Source: Deltaproteobacteria bacterium TL4 (lineage in GTDB: Bacteria > SAR324 > NAC60-12). Taken from it: a stretch of 64,000 nt of DNA. Shown here in pieces: positions 27,040 to 37,463 of this stretch. The number at the start of each line of letters is the position of its first letter. Positions within the stretch are counted from its first letter, which is position 1. The stretch spans positions 1 through 64,000 of the forward strand of contig JBBCAX010000025.1 of assembly GCA_051382335.1 (NCBI GenBank), in the 5' to 3' direction. Made by a program: the position numbers and the translations under genes. Under the pieces are notes generated by a model, which saw only the letters and a list, made by a program, of their open reading frames with translations, did no database searches and had not been told where the DNA came from.

Positions 27040-28090
27040 TTTGCCCCAACGCAATAGCTTCATTAACAAAATGCTGAACATTTTCAAAGGGTGTCTGTGA
27101 AAGCAATCCATGATTTAAATTCATGATGTGGTTCCGCTTTTGAGTCTGCGCATAGCAGGCTTTGATTGCGCTTGTGATGTTTTCCTTGGTTCCATTACAG
27201 ACAATTTGATTATCTACGTTGCCTTGAAAAATCAGGGGTTCCCTGGATGCGTCAAGAGTTTCTTTCAAATTGACACAACTCCCTACACTGTAAATGGAGG
27301 CACCACTTTGAATCATTAAGTCCATAAACGAACACTCCTTTGCAAACAAAATTTTGGGTGTGTTCTTGGGCAATGCGCTGAAGATCGCTTCATGAGTCGG
27401 CTGCACAAAACGTTCATAAAAGGCTCGGGGAATGACCTCTGCAAACGATTCAAATAATTGAACCGCATGAGCCCCTGACTCAATCTGATAATTCAAGTAA
27501 TCAATGGTCAACGTAGTGAGACGTTTTAACAAAGCCGTGGTGAATTCTTCATGAGAGGCCATGAACTCCAGAATGCTGTACTGATCTTTTCCCGGGCTTT
27601 TTCCCGCAATCATAAAAAAAGCCAAGGTCACAGGAGCCCCTGCAAACCCCAAAATTGGTAATTCGCCTTGTAACTCATCACTAATCCCTTTTAAAATGTG
27701 CCCCACCACGGTTAATGATTTTTCAGGCTTAACTTCCTTTAACGCAAGAACTTGATCCAGATGTTGAATGGGGCTGGGAATCACAGGGCCAGGAGCGAAC
27801 TTGAAATGAGTCCCCATTGGAGTCAAAGGAGTCAAAATGTCTTGGAACATAATGATCGCATCCACGCCCAGTCTTTTAGGAAGCAAGGAAGCTTGGATCG
27901 ACACTTCTGGATCCAGGAAGACTTCTTCAAGAGGACGACCGTCTTCTTCACGTAACTGTCTATAGAGGGGATCGGTTCTTCCGGCTTGGCGCATCATCCA
28001 GACAGGGACCCTTGGAACAGGCAGCTGATGAGCAACGCGTAAAAGAAGATCATTTTTAAGTGGAGGAAGATAAGGTGTTGCAACTGTCAT
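27023..28090 (-). CDS. hemE: Uroporphyrinogen decarboxylase
   Basis: PVWMMRQAGR, DAIIMFQDIL, GFAGAP, QGNVD, NLNHG. Confidence 0.92.
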   Translation of the reverse strand: MTVATPYLPPLKNDLLLRVAHQLPVPRVPVWMMRQAGRTDPLYRQLREEDGRPLEEVFLDPEVSIQASLLPKRLGVDAIIMFQDILTPLTPMGTHFKFAPGPVIPSPIQHLDQVLALKEVKPEKSLTVVGHILKGISDELQGELPILGFAGAPVTLAFFMIAGKSPGKDQYSILEFMASHEEFTTALLKRLTTLTIDYLNYQIESGAHAVQLFESFAEVIPRAFYERFVQPTHEAIFSALPKNTPKILFAKECSFMDLMIQSGASIYSVGSCVNLKETLDASREPLIFQGNVDNQIVCNGTKENITSAIKACYAQTQKRNHIMNLNHGLLSQTPFENVQHFVNEAIALGQITEAQ

Positions 28091-28188
28091 AAAAGTCCTC
28101 TATGTCATAGTTTTGAATTACACCATTCGTATTTAATACGCGGTAAAAATAATCCTACAATTTCTAGTCAATTATCAAAGAAAAAACA

Positions 28189-29067
28189 ATGTCTAAATCA
28201 TCTTCATCGGCATGTTTACGTTGTAATGAAACCCATATCTTGATCGAGGCCCCCTCAAATTCATGGTATTCCGAAGCTAGTATTTGTGAATGTTTCGTGA
28301 TGCCGTGCATCTCCTGTCACGGTGCGAGGTTTGTCCTGGAACGCGACGCTTTAAACCGGGAAGTCGCCATTCCGTGTCCTCGATGTGAAACACTGAAACG
28401 ACACATCCTGCTGTATAACGCGGCTCGTATCCCCAAACGATACGTAGAAAGTCGCTTGGCTCCGGGGGACATGGATGCTGACAATCGTAATGTTTACCTT
28501 TTGATGAAAGCCATTTTAAGAGACCTGAGTCCCGCTCGTGAAACCACAACAGATCATGAAGATTTGGAGGAGTTGAAAGGGATGATGCTGATGGGCGGCG
28601 CTGGCACGGGAAAGACGCATCTAATGACCGGTTTTGCCTATCAATGCACCATCAACCTTGGAATTAACTGTGTATTTCAAGGGTTTTCGGAATTGTTATC
28701 TGAACTAAAAAAAGGCTATACTGACGGGAAGTCGGATATTGAAATCATTGACCCCCACCTTAAAGCGGATGTGCTCATTATCGATGATTTGGGCAAAGGG
28801 CGTAACTCACCTTGGGAACTCCAAATATTGGATACCCTGATTTGTGAACGTTACAACCGTAATAAAATCATTATGGCCACGACCAACTATACAGAGGACG
28901 AAGAAACGACGCTCAAAGAACGAATTTTAACGAAAGACACAACCGACATCGAACGTTTTCAAGACGATACCATTCGCAAACGTGTTGGAGAGCGCATCTA
29001 CTCAAGATTACGCCAAATGTGCTATTTCGAGTACCTGGGAGGAAAAGATCGCAGACAAGTGGAGTAA
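28189..29067 (+). CDS. DnaC/IstB-like AAA+ ATPase with N-terminal Cys (Zn-binding) motifs
   Basis: CLRC, CEC, CISC, CPRC; ARIPKRY; Walker A GGAGTGKTH; Walker B IIDDLG; TTN; RIYSRL. Confidence 0.85.
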   Translation: MSKSSSSACLRCNETHILIEAPSNSWYSEASICECFVMPCISCHGARFVLERDALNREVAIPCPRCETLKRHILLYNAARIPKRYVESRLAPGDMDADNRNVYLLMKAILRDLSPARETTTDHEDLEELKGMMLMGGAGTGKTHLMTGFAYQCTINLGINCVFQGFSELLSELKKGYTDGKSDIEIIDPHLKADVLIIDDLGKGRNSPWELQILDTLICERYNRNKIIMATTNYTEDEETTLKERILTKDTTDIERFQDDTIRKRVGERIYSRLRQMCYFEYLGGKDRRQVE

Positions 29068-29073
29068 CCGACT

Positions 29074-30102
29074 TTACGTCAAAGCCAGATCTTCGTCAAA
29101 GCCCAGCATTAAATTCATATTTTGAATGGCTTGACCTGAGGCCCCTTTGACCAAATTGTCGATGGCGGTGATGATGATCCACTGCTTTTGAGACTCACTG
29201 CTTTCTGCTCCAATACGGCAGAAATTGGTATTTTGTACCATTTGAAGATCGGGAAGTTGTCCTTTGGGAAGGTACTCCACAAAGGGATTCTGAGCCAAAC
29301 GATTGAAGCACTGATCCACTTGTGCTCTTGAAACCGGTTTGTTGAAATTCAAATAAATGGTCGACAAAATTCCTCGATCCAGAGGGAGCAAATGCGGAGT
29401 AAAGATCATCTCACCCAGTTGACGTTTGTCATAAGGGGTCAAGACTTCAAGATAAGCTTGAATTTCCGGTTGATGCTGATGCGCAAATACTTTATAGGCT
29501 TTAAAGTTCTCATTGACCCCCACGTAACTCATCTCATCACTTTCAACCCTGCCCCCCGCACCTGAAACTCCAGACTTCGCGTCAATGATGGGAACTGAAG
29601 CTAAATCTCCCAATAATTCGCCAAAGGGCAGTAAACCCAGTAATGCCCCTGTCGGATAACACCCTGGATTTGCAATCAACTGTGCCGACTGGATGGAGTC
29701 TTTGAAAAATTCAGGTAAACCAAATACCGCCTTTTTCAATAATTCCGGAGAGGTGTGTTCCAGCTTGTAAAAACGCTTGAATGATTCAATATCTTGCAGG
29801 CGATACACCCCTGAAAGATCAACCACTTTGATCCCTTTTTCAATCAAAGCGGGAACCATATCAAGACTGGCTTGATTCGGAACCGCCAAGAACACCAGGT
29901 CACAAGACTCAATTCTGGAGGTATTATGGGCTTCAAAAACAAGATCCAGGCCTGTCAACTTGGGAAAAGCCTTTTTTAATTTTTGTCCTTCGTATTTACT
30001 CGAAGTGATCACATTTATTGTGATATGAGGGTGTTTTCGCAACCAATGCATCAACTCTAAGCCCGATAACCCTGCTGCTCCAATAATACCAATATTTTTC
30101 AT
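29074..30102 (-). CDS. argC: N-acetyl-gamma-glutamyl-phosphate reductase
   Basis: IANPGCYPT, AKSGVSGAG, HQHQPEI, IDNLVKGASGQAIQNMN. Confidence 0.95.
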   Translation of the reverse strand: MKNIGIIGAAGLSGLELMHWLRKHPHITINVITSSKYEGQKLKKAFPKLTGLDLVFEAHNTSRIESCDLVFLAVPNQASLDMVPALIEKGIKVVDLSGVYRLQDIESFKRFYKLEHTSPELLKKAVFGLPEFFKDSIQSAQLIANPGCYPTGALLGLLPFGELLGDLASVPIIDAKSGVSGAGGRVESDEMSYVGVNENFKAYKVFAHQHQPEIQAYLEVLTPYDKRQLGEMIFTPHLLPLDRGILSTIYLNFNKPVSRAQVDQCFNRLAQNPFVEYLPKGQLPDLQMVQNTNFCRIGAESSESQKQWIIITAIDNLVKGASGQAIQNMNLMLGFDEDLALT

Positions 30103-30124
30103 TGAATCACTCTACTCACGAACT

Positions 30125-30307
30125 CTATAATAAGTTTGTTAGAAACGATCCCAACAGATGCTGATCCCTTTCAGCATTGAACCCTACAAAATACGCATCT
30201 TGATTTGCCTCGAGCAACTCTCGAGTTGGCACAGGAAATTTATCCAACACAAAAATAGGCACCTGAAACACTCCTAATTTTTTTTGGAACAGGGGATCAA
30301 AAGACAC
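30125..30307 (-). CDS. Possible small hypothetical protein (60 aa)
   Basis: Fills the gap between the RapZ-C gene and argC on the same strand. GTG directly follows the upstream stop in frame. No recognisable motif. Confidence 0.3.
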   Translation of the reverse strand: MSFDPLFQKKLGVFQVPIFVLDKFPVPTRELLEANQDAYFVGFNAERDQHLLGSFLTNLL

Positions 30308-30727
30308 TTAACACGATCCACAATTTTCGGGCCAACGTTTCTGTTCGGTATGAGTCAGAGAAACAATCAACCCCTCTCTTGAAATCAGCTTGTGAGATAA
30401 ACGTTCCGATAAATAAACCGAACGGTGTTGTCCTCCTGTACATCCATAGGATACCATTAAATGGCCAAAACCACGATCTTCATAAGACGCGATGCACTGT
30501 TCCACCAGCGATTCACAGGTTTGAGCAAATCGACTCACTTCTTCATATTGTTCCAACCACTTCTGCACCGGAAGGTCCCGACCTGTCAATGACCGATAAC
30601 CCTCAGACTTCGCAGGGTTAGGAAGGCAACGACAGTCGAAAACGAAACCACCGCCATCACCATACTCATTCTTGGGAATCCCAGAAACCTGAAAGCCAAA
30701 ACTGTAAATTGAAACTGTTAAGGCCAT
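30308..30727 (-). CDS. Stand-alone RapZ C-terminal domain protein
   Basis: YSFGF, FVFDCRCLPNP, GCTGGQHRSV. No N-terminal P-loop. Confidence 0.85.
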   Translation of the reverse strand: MALTVSIYSFGFQVSGIPKNEYGDGGGFVFDCRCLPNPAKSEGYRSLTGRDLPVQKWLEQYEEVSRFAQTCESLVEQCIASYEDRGFGHLMVSYGCTGGQHRSVYLSERLSHKLISREGLIVSLTHTEQKRWPENCGSC

Positions 30728-30736
30728 AACCGCATC

Positions 30737-32113
30737 TCACTCAACGATTCGTCCTACTAAATCATAGGGGTGTGCCTCCATCACCTCAACTTGTTGAAAG
30801 CTTCCAGGTTTGCCTTCACCTTCATTTAAATAAATCACTCCATCTTCTTCAGGCCCCTGAAATTCACATCGTCCTTCAAGCAACAAATCACTTTCCTGAG
30901 ATACACCACCAACGAGGACTTTTAAAGTTTTCCCGATGTAGGCTTGGTTTTTCTGTAAACTGATTTCCTGTTGTAACGTCATCAACCGCTGCTTCCGTTC
31001 CCGTTTCAAGGCATTGGGAACCGGATCGCCCCATTTCGCGGATCGAATGTTATCCTCATGGGAATAGGTAAAAACACCCACATGATGAAAATGACCTTCT
31101 TTAACAAAATCAAATAATTCTTCAAAATTTTCTTCAGTTTCAGTGGGAAAACCAACGATAAAAGTCGTTCTCCAGGCAACATTCGGAAGATAGACTTCAA
31201 CAAGTTCCATTTTCTTACGAATCTGTTGCGTTGTGATTTTTCGATTCATCGATTTCAGAACCTTACCGCTAATATGCTGAAAAGGCATGTCTAAATAGCG
31301 ACAAAAACGCTGATCATCGGCCATGACTTTTAAGGCCTCTTCCGAAAAGGAATTGGGATAACAGTAAAACAAACGTACCCAGAAATCCCCCTGAACCAAA
31401 GAAATATTTTTCAAAAGAGAAGTTAAATTAACATCCTCTCCCAAATCTTGTCCATAAGAAGAAGTATCCTGAGAAATGATATTTAACTCTTTGACTCCTT
31501 TCTGGACCAGTTCCTCAACTTCTGAAACTACAGAAGTAATACTTCGACTGCTAAACATTCCTCTCAGATAAGGAATATTACAGAAAGAACACATATGGGA
31601 ACACCCCTCCGCAACTTTCAGGTAGGCAAAATGCTGGGCAGTGGTTTGAATTCTTGCTTGTTTTTCAAACTGTTGATAATGCGGTTTGCGGTTAATGAAA
31701 GAGGCAGGTGAACCCTCAAAAGCATAGAGGTGATCTAACAAAAAAACGATCTTCTCAAAATCACTGGATCCCAGTAAACCATCAATTTCTGGAATTTCTT
31801 GCAGTAAAGAGTCCTGGTATCGTTGACTCAAACATCCTGTTGCAACCATTTTTTCACAACACCCCTTCGTTTTATAGTCACTTAACTCCAAAATTCTTGC
31901 GATCGACTCTTCACTGGCTTCAGTCAAAAAGGCGCATGTATTGATAATAATCACTTCTGCCTGCTCCGGATCCAGTGTCAGGTGATACCCACCTGAATGT
32001 AATGAAGCCAACATGACCTCGGAATCAACGCGGTTTTTTGCACAACCCAAGGTTTCAATATATACTTTTTTTTGAGCAGATCCTTGAGATCGAGATGGAT
32101 TATTATTGCTCAT
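30737..32113 (-). CDS. rimO: Ribosomal protein S12 methylthiotransferase
   Basis: TLGCAKNRVDSE, NTCAF, GCLSQRY, radical SAM CSHMCSFC, C-terminal TRAM with GPEEDG. Confidence 0.9.
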   Translation of the reverse strand: MSNNNPSRSQGSAQKKVYIETLGCAKNRVDSEVMLASLHSGGYHLTLDPEQAEVIIINTCAFLTEASEESIARILELSDYKTKGCCEKMVATGCLSQRYQDSLLQEIPEIDGLLGSSDFEKIVFLLDHLYAFEGSPASFINRKPHYQQFEKQARIQTTAQHFAYLKVAEGCSHMCSFCNIPYLRGMFSSRSITSVVSEVEELVQKGVKELNIISQDTSSYGQDLGEDVNLTSLLKNISLVQGDFWVRLFYCYPNSFSEEALKVMADDQRFCRYLDMPFQHISGKVLKSMNRKITTQQIRKKMELVEVYLPNVAWRTTFIVGFPTETEENFEELFDFVKEGHFHHVGVFTYSHEDNIRSAKWGDPVPNALKRERKQRLMTLQQEISLQKNQAYIGKTLKVLVGGVSQESDLLLEGRCEFQGPEEDGVIYLNEGEGKPGSFQQVEVMEAHPYDLVGRIVE

Positions 32114-32245
32114 GAGGGGAAGATACTGGAAAGGCTATTTTATTGGACAAACACTATCTAAAACAAGGCAAAGCATCTCAAAAAAGAGATACTTTCGCCT
32201 GTTAATTAAACTATGCGTGAATTTTCTGTTATATCAGAAACAAGC

Positions 32246-32815
32246 TCAGCTTTCTTTAGAAGAAAGCTCAGCCTCAGCGGATACTACCTGATTCTCAACG
32301 GTTTCAACCCCAGAGGCAGACACTTCATGCGATGGAACGTCTGGCTTTATTTCCTGAGTCATCTCCTGGCTTACTTCTTTCAACACAGAAGCCTTTTCAA
32401 GAGTATCAACCCTTTTGCGAGTCTTAGGTTTTTTGATAGCTGAGAGCACATCCTTCGGACTATCAACGAGCTGTATGATCGCCATTTCTGCACCATCACC
32501 CAGTCTACGCTTCCCAATTTTAATGATCCTGGAATACCCGCCATTACGATCCTTGTAACGTTCAGCCATTTCATCAAAAAGTACAGCTACCACATCTTTG
32601 GATTTAATATAACTCAGAGCTTGTCGACGAGCATGCAAATCCCCCCGCTTTGCCAAAGTAATCATCTTATCCAGAGGAGTGCGTAATTCCTTTGCCCTCA
32701 TCAATGTACAATAAATTTCCTGGTGTTCTATTAGGGAAGTTACGAGGTTCCTCATCATTGCTCTTCGATGAGACGTCGTAACACCAAGTCGCCTTCCCGC
32801 TTTCAAATGTCTCAT
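32246..32815 (-). CDS. rplQ: 50S ribosomal protein L17 with C-terminal extension
   Basis: [25 protein letters not shown]. Confidence 0.97.
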   Translation of the reverse strand: MRHLKAGRRLGVTTSHRRAMMRNLVTSLIEHQEIYCTLMRAKELRTPLDKMITLAKRGDLHARRQALSYIKSKDVVAVLFDEMAERYKDRNGGYSRIIKIGKRRLGDGAEMAIIQLVDSPKDVLSAIKKPKTRKRVDTLEKASVLKEVSQEMTQEIKPDVPSHEVSASGVETVENQVVSAEAELSSKES

Positions 32816-32839
32816 AATCTACCTTGAAGACTCATATAG

Positions 32840-33880
32840 TTAGTAGCCCAGCTTTTTCTTTTTTTCAGTCGGTGAGTTTTTGGGATCAAAATTTTCAAGC
32901 TTCATTCCCAGTGACAGTGACATAGATGCTAAAATCGTCTTGATCTCATTGAGAGATTTCCGACCAAAGTTTTTGGTCTTCAACATCTCTGCTTCTGTTT
33001 TTTGAACCAAATCTCCAATGGTTTCAATCTTCGCATTCTGTAAACAGTTGATAGAACGCACTGAAAGTTCAAGCTCGCTCACACTACGATAGAGATTTTC
33101 ATTGTATTGAGGAACTTCCTCCACCTCTTCAGGCTCAGGCTCAACAATTTGTTCATCAAAGTTGATCAGAACTTCTGTATGCTCCTTGATAATCTTCGCA
33201 GCATAAGCCAATGCATCCTCTGGAGCACAGGAACCATTGGTCCATAGTTCAAAAATCAAACGATCATAATCCGTTTTCTGCATATAACGAGCATTTTCAA
33301 CCTCATAATTGATCCGTGTAATTGAAGAGTGATTTGAATCAATGTAGATTGTATCATGAGGAAGCTCAAACTTTTGATTTTCTTCCGATGTGACATACCC
33401 CTTGTTTTGACGTACATACATCGTCATACTTAATGTTGCTTGATCTTCCAGGCGTGCAATCGGCAAATCAGGATTAAGAATTTCAACCTTATTGAAAGTA
33501 GATATATCACGCGCAGTTAAAGTACACGGTCCTTGACCAATCAACTCAATTTCTATCTCTCCCGGGACTAATTGCTTGATCTGAAGTTCTTTAATGTTTA
33601 GAATAATCTCAATAACATCTTCCACAACACCTGGAATATGCGTAAATTCGTGACTCACCCCTTCGATATTTACAGCAAACACAGCACTGCCCCAAATCGA
33701 AGACAACAAGACCCTACGCAAAGCATGCCCCATGGTTACGCCATAACCCGGTTCCAAGGGTTCCAAAATAAACTTCCCATAAGAAGGCGATAAGCTACTG
33801 GAGTCGACTTGCACACGCTTCGGTTTTGCAATAGACATCCAGTTGTTGACAAACATGTTTTCTGTTTCTTCATTTGACAT
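32840..33880 (-). CDS. rpoA: RNA polymerase alpha subunit
   Basis: EPLEPGYGVTMGHALRRVLLSS, LSVRSINCL, NFGRKSLNEI. Start uncertain (ATG 33880 chosen). Confidence 0.97.
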   Translation of the reverse strand: MSNEETENMFVNNWMSIAKPKRVQVDSSSLSPSYGKFILEPLEPGYGVTMGHALRRVLLSSIWGSAVFAVNIEGVSHEFTHIPGVVEDVIEIILNIKELQIKQLVPGEIEIELIGQGPCTLTARDISTFNKVEILNPDLPIARLEDQATLSMTMYVRQNKGYVTSEENQKFELPHDTIYIDSNHSSITRINYEVENARYMQKTDYDRLIFELWTNGSCAPEDALAYAAKIIKEHTEVLINFDEQIVEPEPEEVEEVPQYNENLYRSVSELELSVRSINCLQNAKIETIGDLVQKTEAEMLKTKNFGRKSLNEIKTILASMSLSLGMKLENFDPKNSPTEKKKKLGY

Positions 33881-33948
33881 GATTTCCCCAGAAATATAAT
33901 GGAGGTTAACTTTGTATTTTGAACCTGACAATCCTCAAGGAAGAACCT

Positions 33949-34338
33949 TCAAATACGTCTTTGCTTAGGAGGGCGACAACCATTGTGAGGAACAGGAGTG
34001 ACATCGCGAATACTGGTCACCTTAATACCTTCCGCAGCAATCGCTCGCAAAGCAGACTCCCTTCCAGCACCTGGACCTTTTATTCGAACTTGCACTTCTT
34101 TCATGCCGACTTCCCTAGCTTTCTGAGTCGCATCTTCGGCCGCAATTTTTGCGGCATAGGGAGTACTCTTTCTTGAGCCTTTAAATCCGTGGAGACCCGT
34201 ACTAGACCAAGCAATCATATTCCCCCGAACATCGGTCACAGTAACAATGGTATTGTTAAAAGAGGCCTGAATATGAACAATTCCTTGCTCCACAACCCTC
34301 TTTTCTTTCTTTTTCGTAGGACGTTTACCTGCTGCCAT
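33949..34338 (-). CDS. rpsK: 30S ribosomal protein S11
   Basis: [26 protein letters not shown]. Confidence 0.97.
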   Translation of the reverse strand: MAAGKRPTKKKEKRVVEQGIVHIQASFNNTIVTVTDVRGNMIAWSSTGLHGFKGSRKSTPYAAKIAAEDATQKAREVGMKEVQVRIKGPGAGRESALRAIAAEGIKVTSIRDVTPVPHNGCRPPKQRRI

Positions 34339-34362
34339 AAAATTCGTTCTCACAATGGAAGA

Positions 34363-34731
34363 TTATTTCTTTTTGCCAACTGCAACTCGCCTAGGCCCTT
34401 TTACCGTACGAGCATTGGTTTTAGTTCGCTGCCCTCTCACTGGTAATCCTCGACGATGCCGTAAGCCTCTGTAATTTCCAAGATCCATAAGGCGCTTGAT
34501 GTTTAAATTCACTTCTCTACGCAATTCACCTTCAACGCGTAAATCCTTTTCAATAATTTCACGTATTTTTGAAACCTGCTCATCGGTCAACCCCTCGACC
34601 TTCGTATCTTTGTTAATTCCAGACTGATCCAGAATCTTATTAGCTGTAGGACGACCGATGCCATAAATATAGGTCAATGCGATCTCAATACGTTTATTTT
34701 TTGGTAATTCAACACCTGATATCCTAGCCAC
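34363..34731 (-). CDS. rpsM: 30S ribosomal protein S13
   Basis: [31 protein letters not shown] start after GGAG. Confidence 0.97.
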   Translation of the reverse strand: MARISGVELPKNKRIEIALTYIYGIGRPTANKILDQSGINKDTKVEGLTDEQVSKIREIIEKDLRVEGELRREVNLNIKRLMDLGNYRGLRHRRGLPVRGQRTKTNARTVKGPRRVAVGKKK

Positions 34732-34744
34732 ATTGACTCCTGCT

Positions 34745-34858
34745 TTATCCTTGACGTTGCTTATGTTTAGGGTTTTCACAGATCACGCGCAAAACGCCAT
34801 GACGCTTGATCACCTTACATTTATCACAAATTTTTCGTACTGATGAACGTACTTTCAT
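34745..34858 (-). CDS. rpmJ: 50S ribosomal protein L36 (Zn-ribbon type); not in the ORF track
   Basis: Manual translation [37 protein letters not shown]. Confidence 0.97.
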   Translation of the reverse strand: MKVRSSVRKICDKCKVIKRHGVLRVICENPKHKQRQG

Positions 34859-34893
34859 ACAAACCTCTGTAGCTTGAGTAATTCAATAACTTG

Positions 34894-36228
34894 TTAGAAA
34901 CGCATGACTCGAGTACTTGCTCTTCGTCGCCGTTTACTTTTACTCATAAAACCATCGTAGTTCTTATTCAGCAAAAAGGACTCTACCTGCTTCACCGTAT
35001 CCAAACCAACCCCTACCACAATCAATAAAGCGGTTCCCCCAAAACTAAAGGGAATATTAAAAAGAACGAAAAGAATACTTGGCAAGATACAAACAGCCCC
35101 CAAATATAACGCGCCTCCAAAGGTCAAACGTGTTAAAACGGCATTCACATATTCCGCAGTTTTCTTTCCAGGACGAATCCCTGGAATATACCCACCATAT
35201 CGCTTCATTTCATCTGCAATTTTAACTGGATTGAACTGAATCGCTGTGTAAAAGAAACAGAAGAAAAAGATCATAATCAGGAACAACACCGAGTATAAAA
35301 AATTTCCAGGAGCCAATTGTCTACTGATTGCCTGAACCCAAGGTATTGCAATAAATCCTGTTATCGTAGCGGGAAATGCCAAAATCGAGGAAGCAAAAAT
35401 GGGAGGAATCACACCTGACGAGTTAATTTTTAATGGAAGGTGAGAGACCTGTCCACCCGACATTCGATTCCCTTGCATCCGTTTTGCGTATTGGACCGGA
35501 ATTTTCCGATAAGCAGTTTCCATGTAAATTACGGCAAAAACAACCCCGACCATCAGCACAGAAGTGAATACCAAAACCAATACCGACAGCTGTTCGGATT
35601 GTACCAACCGAACCGAATTGATGATCGCGCCTGGAATATCAACGACGATCCCCGCAAAAATAAGCAGTGATATACCGTTTCCAATTCCGCGCTCACTGAT
35701 TTGCTCTCCCATCCACATCAAAAATGCTGTACCTGCAGTTAAAGTCAACACAGTCAAAGAGCGAAACCCCCAAGAACTCATCGTCGAAATGACAACAGGC
35801 GCACCATCCGGGGCAGCCATACTCTGCAGACCCACTGCAATTCCAAAACCTTGGACGATACTCAAAACGATTGTACCATAACGAGTATAAGCGGTAATTT
35901 TTTTCCGTCCCGTATCTCCTTCTTTGGAAAGACGTTCGAGATACGGAAAAACAACCGTCAACAACTGGATGATAATCGACGCACTGATGTAAGGCATAAC
36001 TCCAAGCGCAAACACGGTCAGTCGAGCTAACGCTCCACCAGTAAACATATCAAAGAACCGCAATATGGTCCCTTTTTGCGCTTCGAAAAAAGCAGCTAAC
36101 GCAGTGCCATCAATCCCAGGTGTGGGAATATGAGCACCAATACGGAAGACTACCAGCATTAACAGTGTAAAAACAATGCGATCTCGAAGTTCTTCTATTC
36201 TGAAGATATTTTGAATTGTTGCCCACAT
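34894..36228 (-). CDS. secY: Preprotein translocase SecY
   Basis: LGVMPYISASII, GIGNGISL, IPGIRPG, GGTALLIVV. Confidence 0.97.
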   Translation of the reverse strand: MWATIQNIFRIEELRDRIVFTLLMLVVFRIGAHIPTPGIDGTALAAFFEAQKGTILRFFDMFTGGALARLTVFALGVMPYISASIIIQLLTVVFPYLERLSKEGDTGRKKITAYTRYGTIVLSIVQGFGIAVGLQSMAAPDGAPVVISTMSSWGFRSLTVLTLTAGTAFLMWMGEQISERGIGNGISLLIFAGIVVDIPGAIINSVRLVQSEQLSVLVLVFTSVLMVGVVFAVIYMETAYRKIPVQYAKRMQGNRMSGGQVSHLPLKINSSGVIPPIFASSILAFPATITGFIAIPWVQAISRQLAPGNFLYSVLFLIMIFFFCFFYTAIQFNPVKIADEMKRYGGYIPGIRPGKKTAEYVNAVLTRLTFGGALYLGAVCILPSILFVLFNIPFSFGGTALLIVVGVGLDTVKQVESFLLNKNYDGFMSKSKRRRRASTRVMRF

Positions 36229-36238
36229 AAGACGCTAA

Positions 36239-36694
36239 CTACTGATTAAGAATGATCACTTCACCACCTGCTGCCTTGACTTTCTCAACAGCAGCACCAC
36301 TCGCCCGATCTACTTCTATGATTAAGGGCTTCGAAAGTTCTCCCTGTGCCAGCAGCTTAACAGGGCGATTCAAATTGCGAATCACGCCTTTAGACCGAAG
36401 CACCTCCTTGGTAAGAACCACTGAAGCATCAACATCTTCTCTTGAATCTAAGGTTGACAGATTCACAATAGTGTATTCTGTTCGAAACACATTAGTAAAC
36501 CCAAACTTAGGCAATCGGCGATGCAAAGGGGTTTGCCCCCCCTCAAATCCTCTCCTTATACTACAACCTGAACGAGCCTTTTGTCCTCTTTGTCCTCGTC
36601 CAGCAGTCTTTCCTGTCCCACTCCCTGGCCCACGCCCAACACGCTTCCGTTGTTTCGTCGAACCTTGTGGTTTCTCTAATTGATGAAGTAACAT
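36239..36694 (-). CDS. rplO: 50S ribosomal protein L15
   Basis: RVGRGPGSGTGKTAGRG, FEGGQTPLHRRLPKFGF. Confidence 0.96.
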   Translation of the reverse strand: MLLHQLEKPQGSTKQRKRVGRGPGSGTGKTAGRGQRGQKARSGCSIRRGFEGGQTPLHRRLPKFGFTNVFRTEYTIVNLSTLDSREDVDASVVLTKEVLRSKGVIRNLNRPVKLLAQGELSKPLIIEVDRASGAAVEKVKAAGGEVIILNQ

Positions 36695-36718
36695 GGTCAC
36701 TCTCACTTGAGAAAATGA

Positions 36719-36904
36719 TTAATTAACCGTATCTATTTCGATAAGGTGCTTTACTTTGTCCAACATCCCCCGAACACACGCACTGTTTTCTAATACTCGC
36801 TGTTGGTTGACGTTTCTAAGACCTAACCCCACCAACGTTGCAAGTTGTCGTTCGTTACACCCTATTTTACTTTTTACTAACTTTACTCTTATTTTCTGTG
36901 CCAT
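36719..36904 (-). CDS. rpmD: 50S ribosomal protein L30
   Basis: KLVKSKIG, LGLR, RGMLDKVKHL; position in the spc operon. Confidence 0.93.
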   Translation of the reverse strand: MAQKIRVKLVKSKIGCNERQLATLVGLGLRNVNQQRVLENSACVRGMLDKVKHLIEIDTVN

Positions 36905-36924
36905 AACTGACCTTTAACTGATCG

Positions 36925-37431
36925 TTAAATGGTAGCTTTGAGAAACTCAACGTCTTTTCCTCGACGCTTAGCTACTTCGTCAAAACTTTTAAGCTGAAGC
37001 AAACCATTAAATGTCGCACGGACCACGTTGTGAGGATTGCGAGTTCCCAAACACTTAGCAGTGATATCATTAATTCCAGCGGCTTCCATCATCGCACGTA
37101 TAGGTCCCGCAGCAATGATACCATGCCCTCTAGGAGCAGGCCTCAGTAATACGCTTCCTGCACCATAATGCCCTTTGACAACATGAGAAATGGTATGTTC
37201 ATCAGGAACAACAGTCTTCATGGTCTTTGACGCATTGCTAATCCCTTTACGAATCGCTTCAGTTACTTCATTAGCCTTGCCCAAGCCGAATCCGACTTTA
37301 CCCTTTCCATCGCCTACGACAACCAAGGCACTAAAGCTGAAACGCCGCCCTCCTTTTACCACTTTTGCAACACGATTGACTCGAATGATTCTCTCAACCA
37401 GTTCACTTTTTTCTGATGTTTTTTCCGTCAA
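36925..37431 (-). CDS. rpsE: 30S ribosomal protein S5
   Basis: [26 protein letters not shown] start. Confidence 0.97.
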   Translation of the reverse strand: MTEKTSEKSELVERIIRVNRVAKVVKGGRRFSFSALVVVGDGKGKVGFGLGKANEVTEAIRKGISNASKTMKTVVPDEHTISHVVKGHYGAGSVLLRPAPRGHGIIAAGPIRAMMEAAGINDITAKCLGTRNPHNVVRATFNGLLQLKSFDEVAKRRGKDVEFLKATI

Positions 37432-37463
37432 TGGTCCTCTTTACTCCTTAGGGGTTGAATGGC

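Noticed and set aside
28189..29067. IS21 element or prophage
   Set aside because: No IstA transposase, terminal repeats, integrase or phage genes adjacent.
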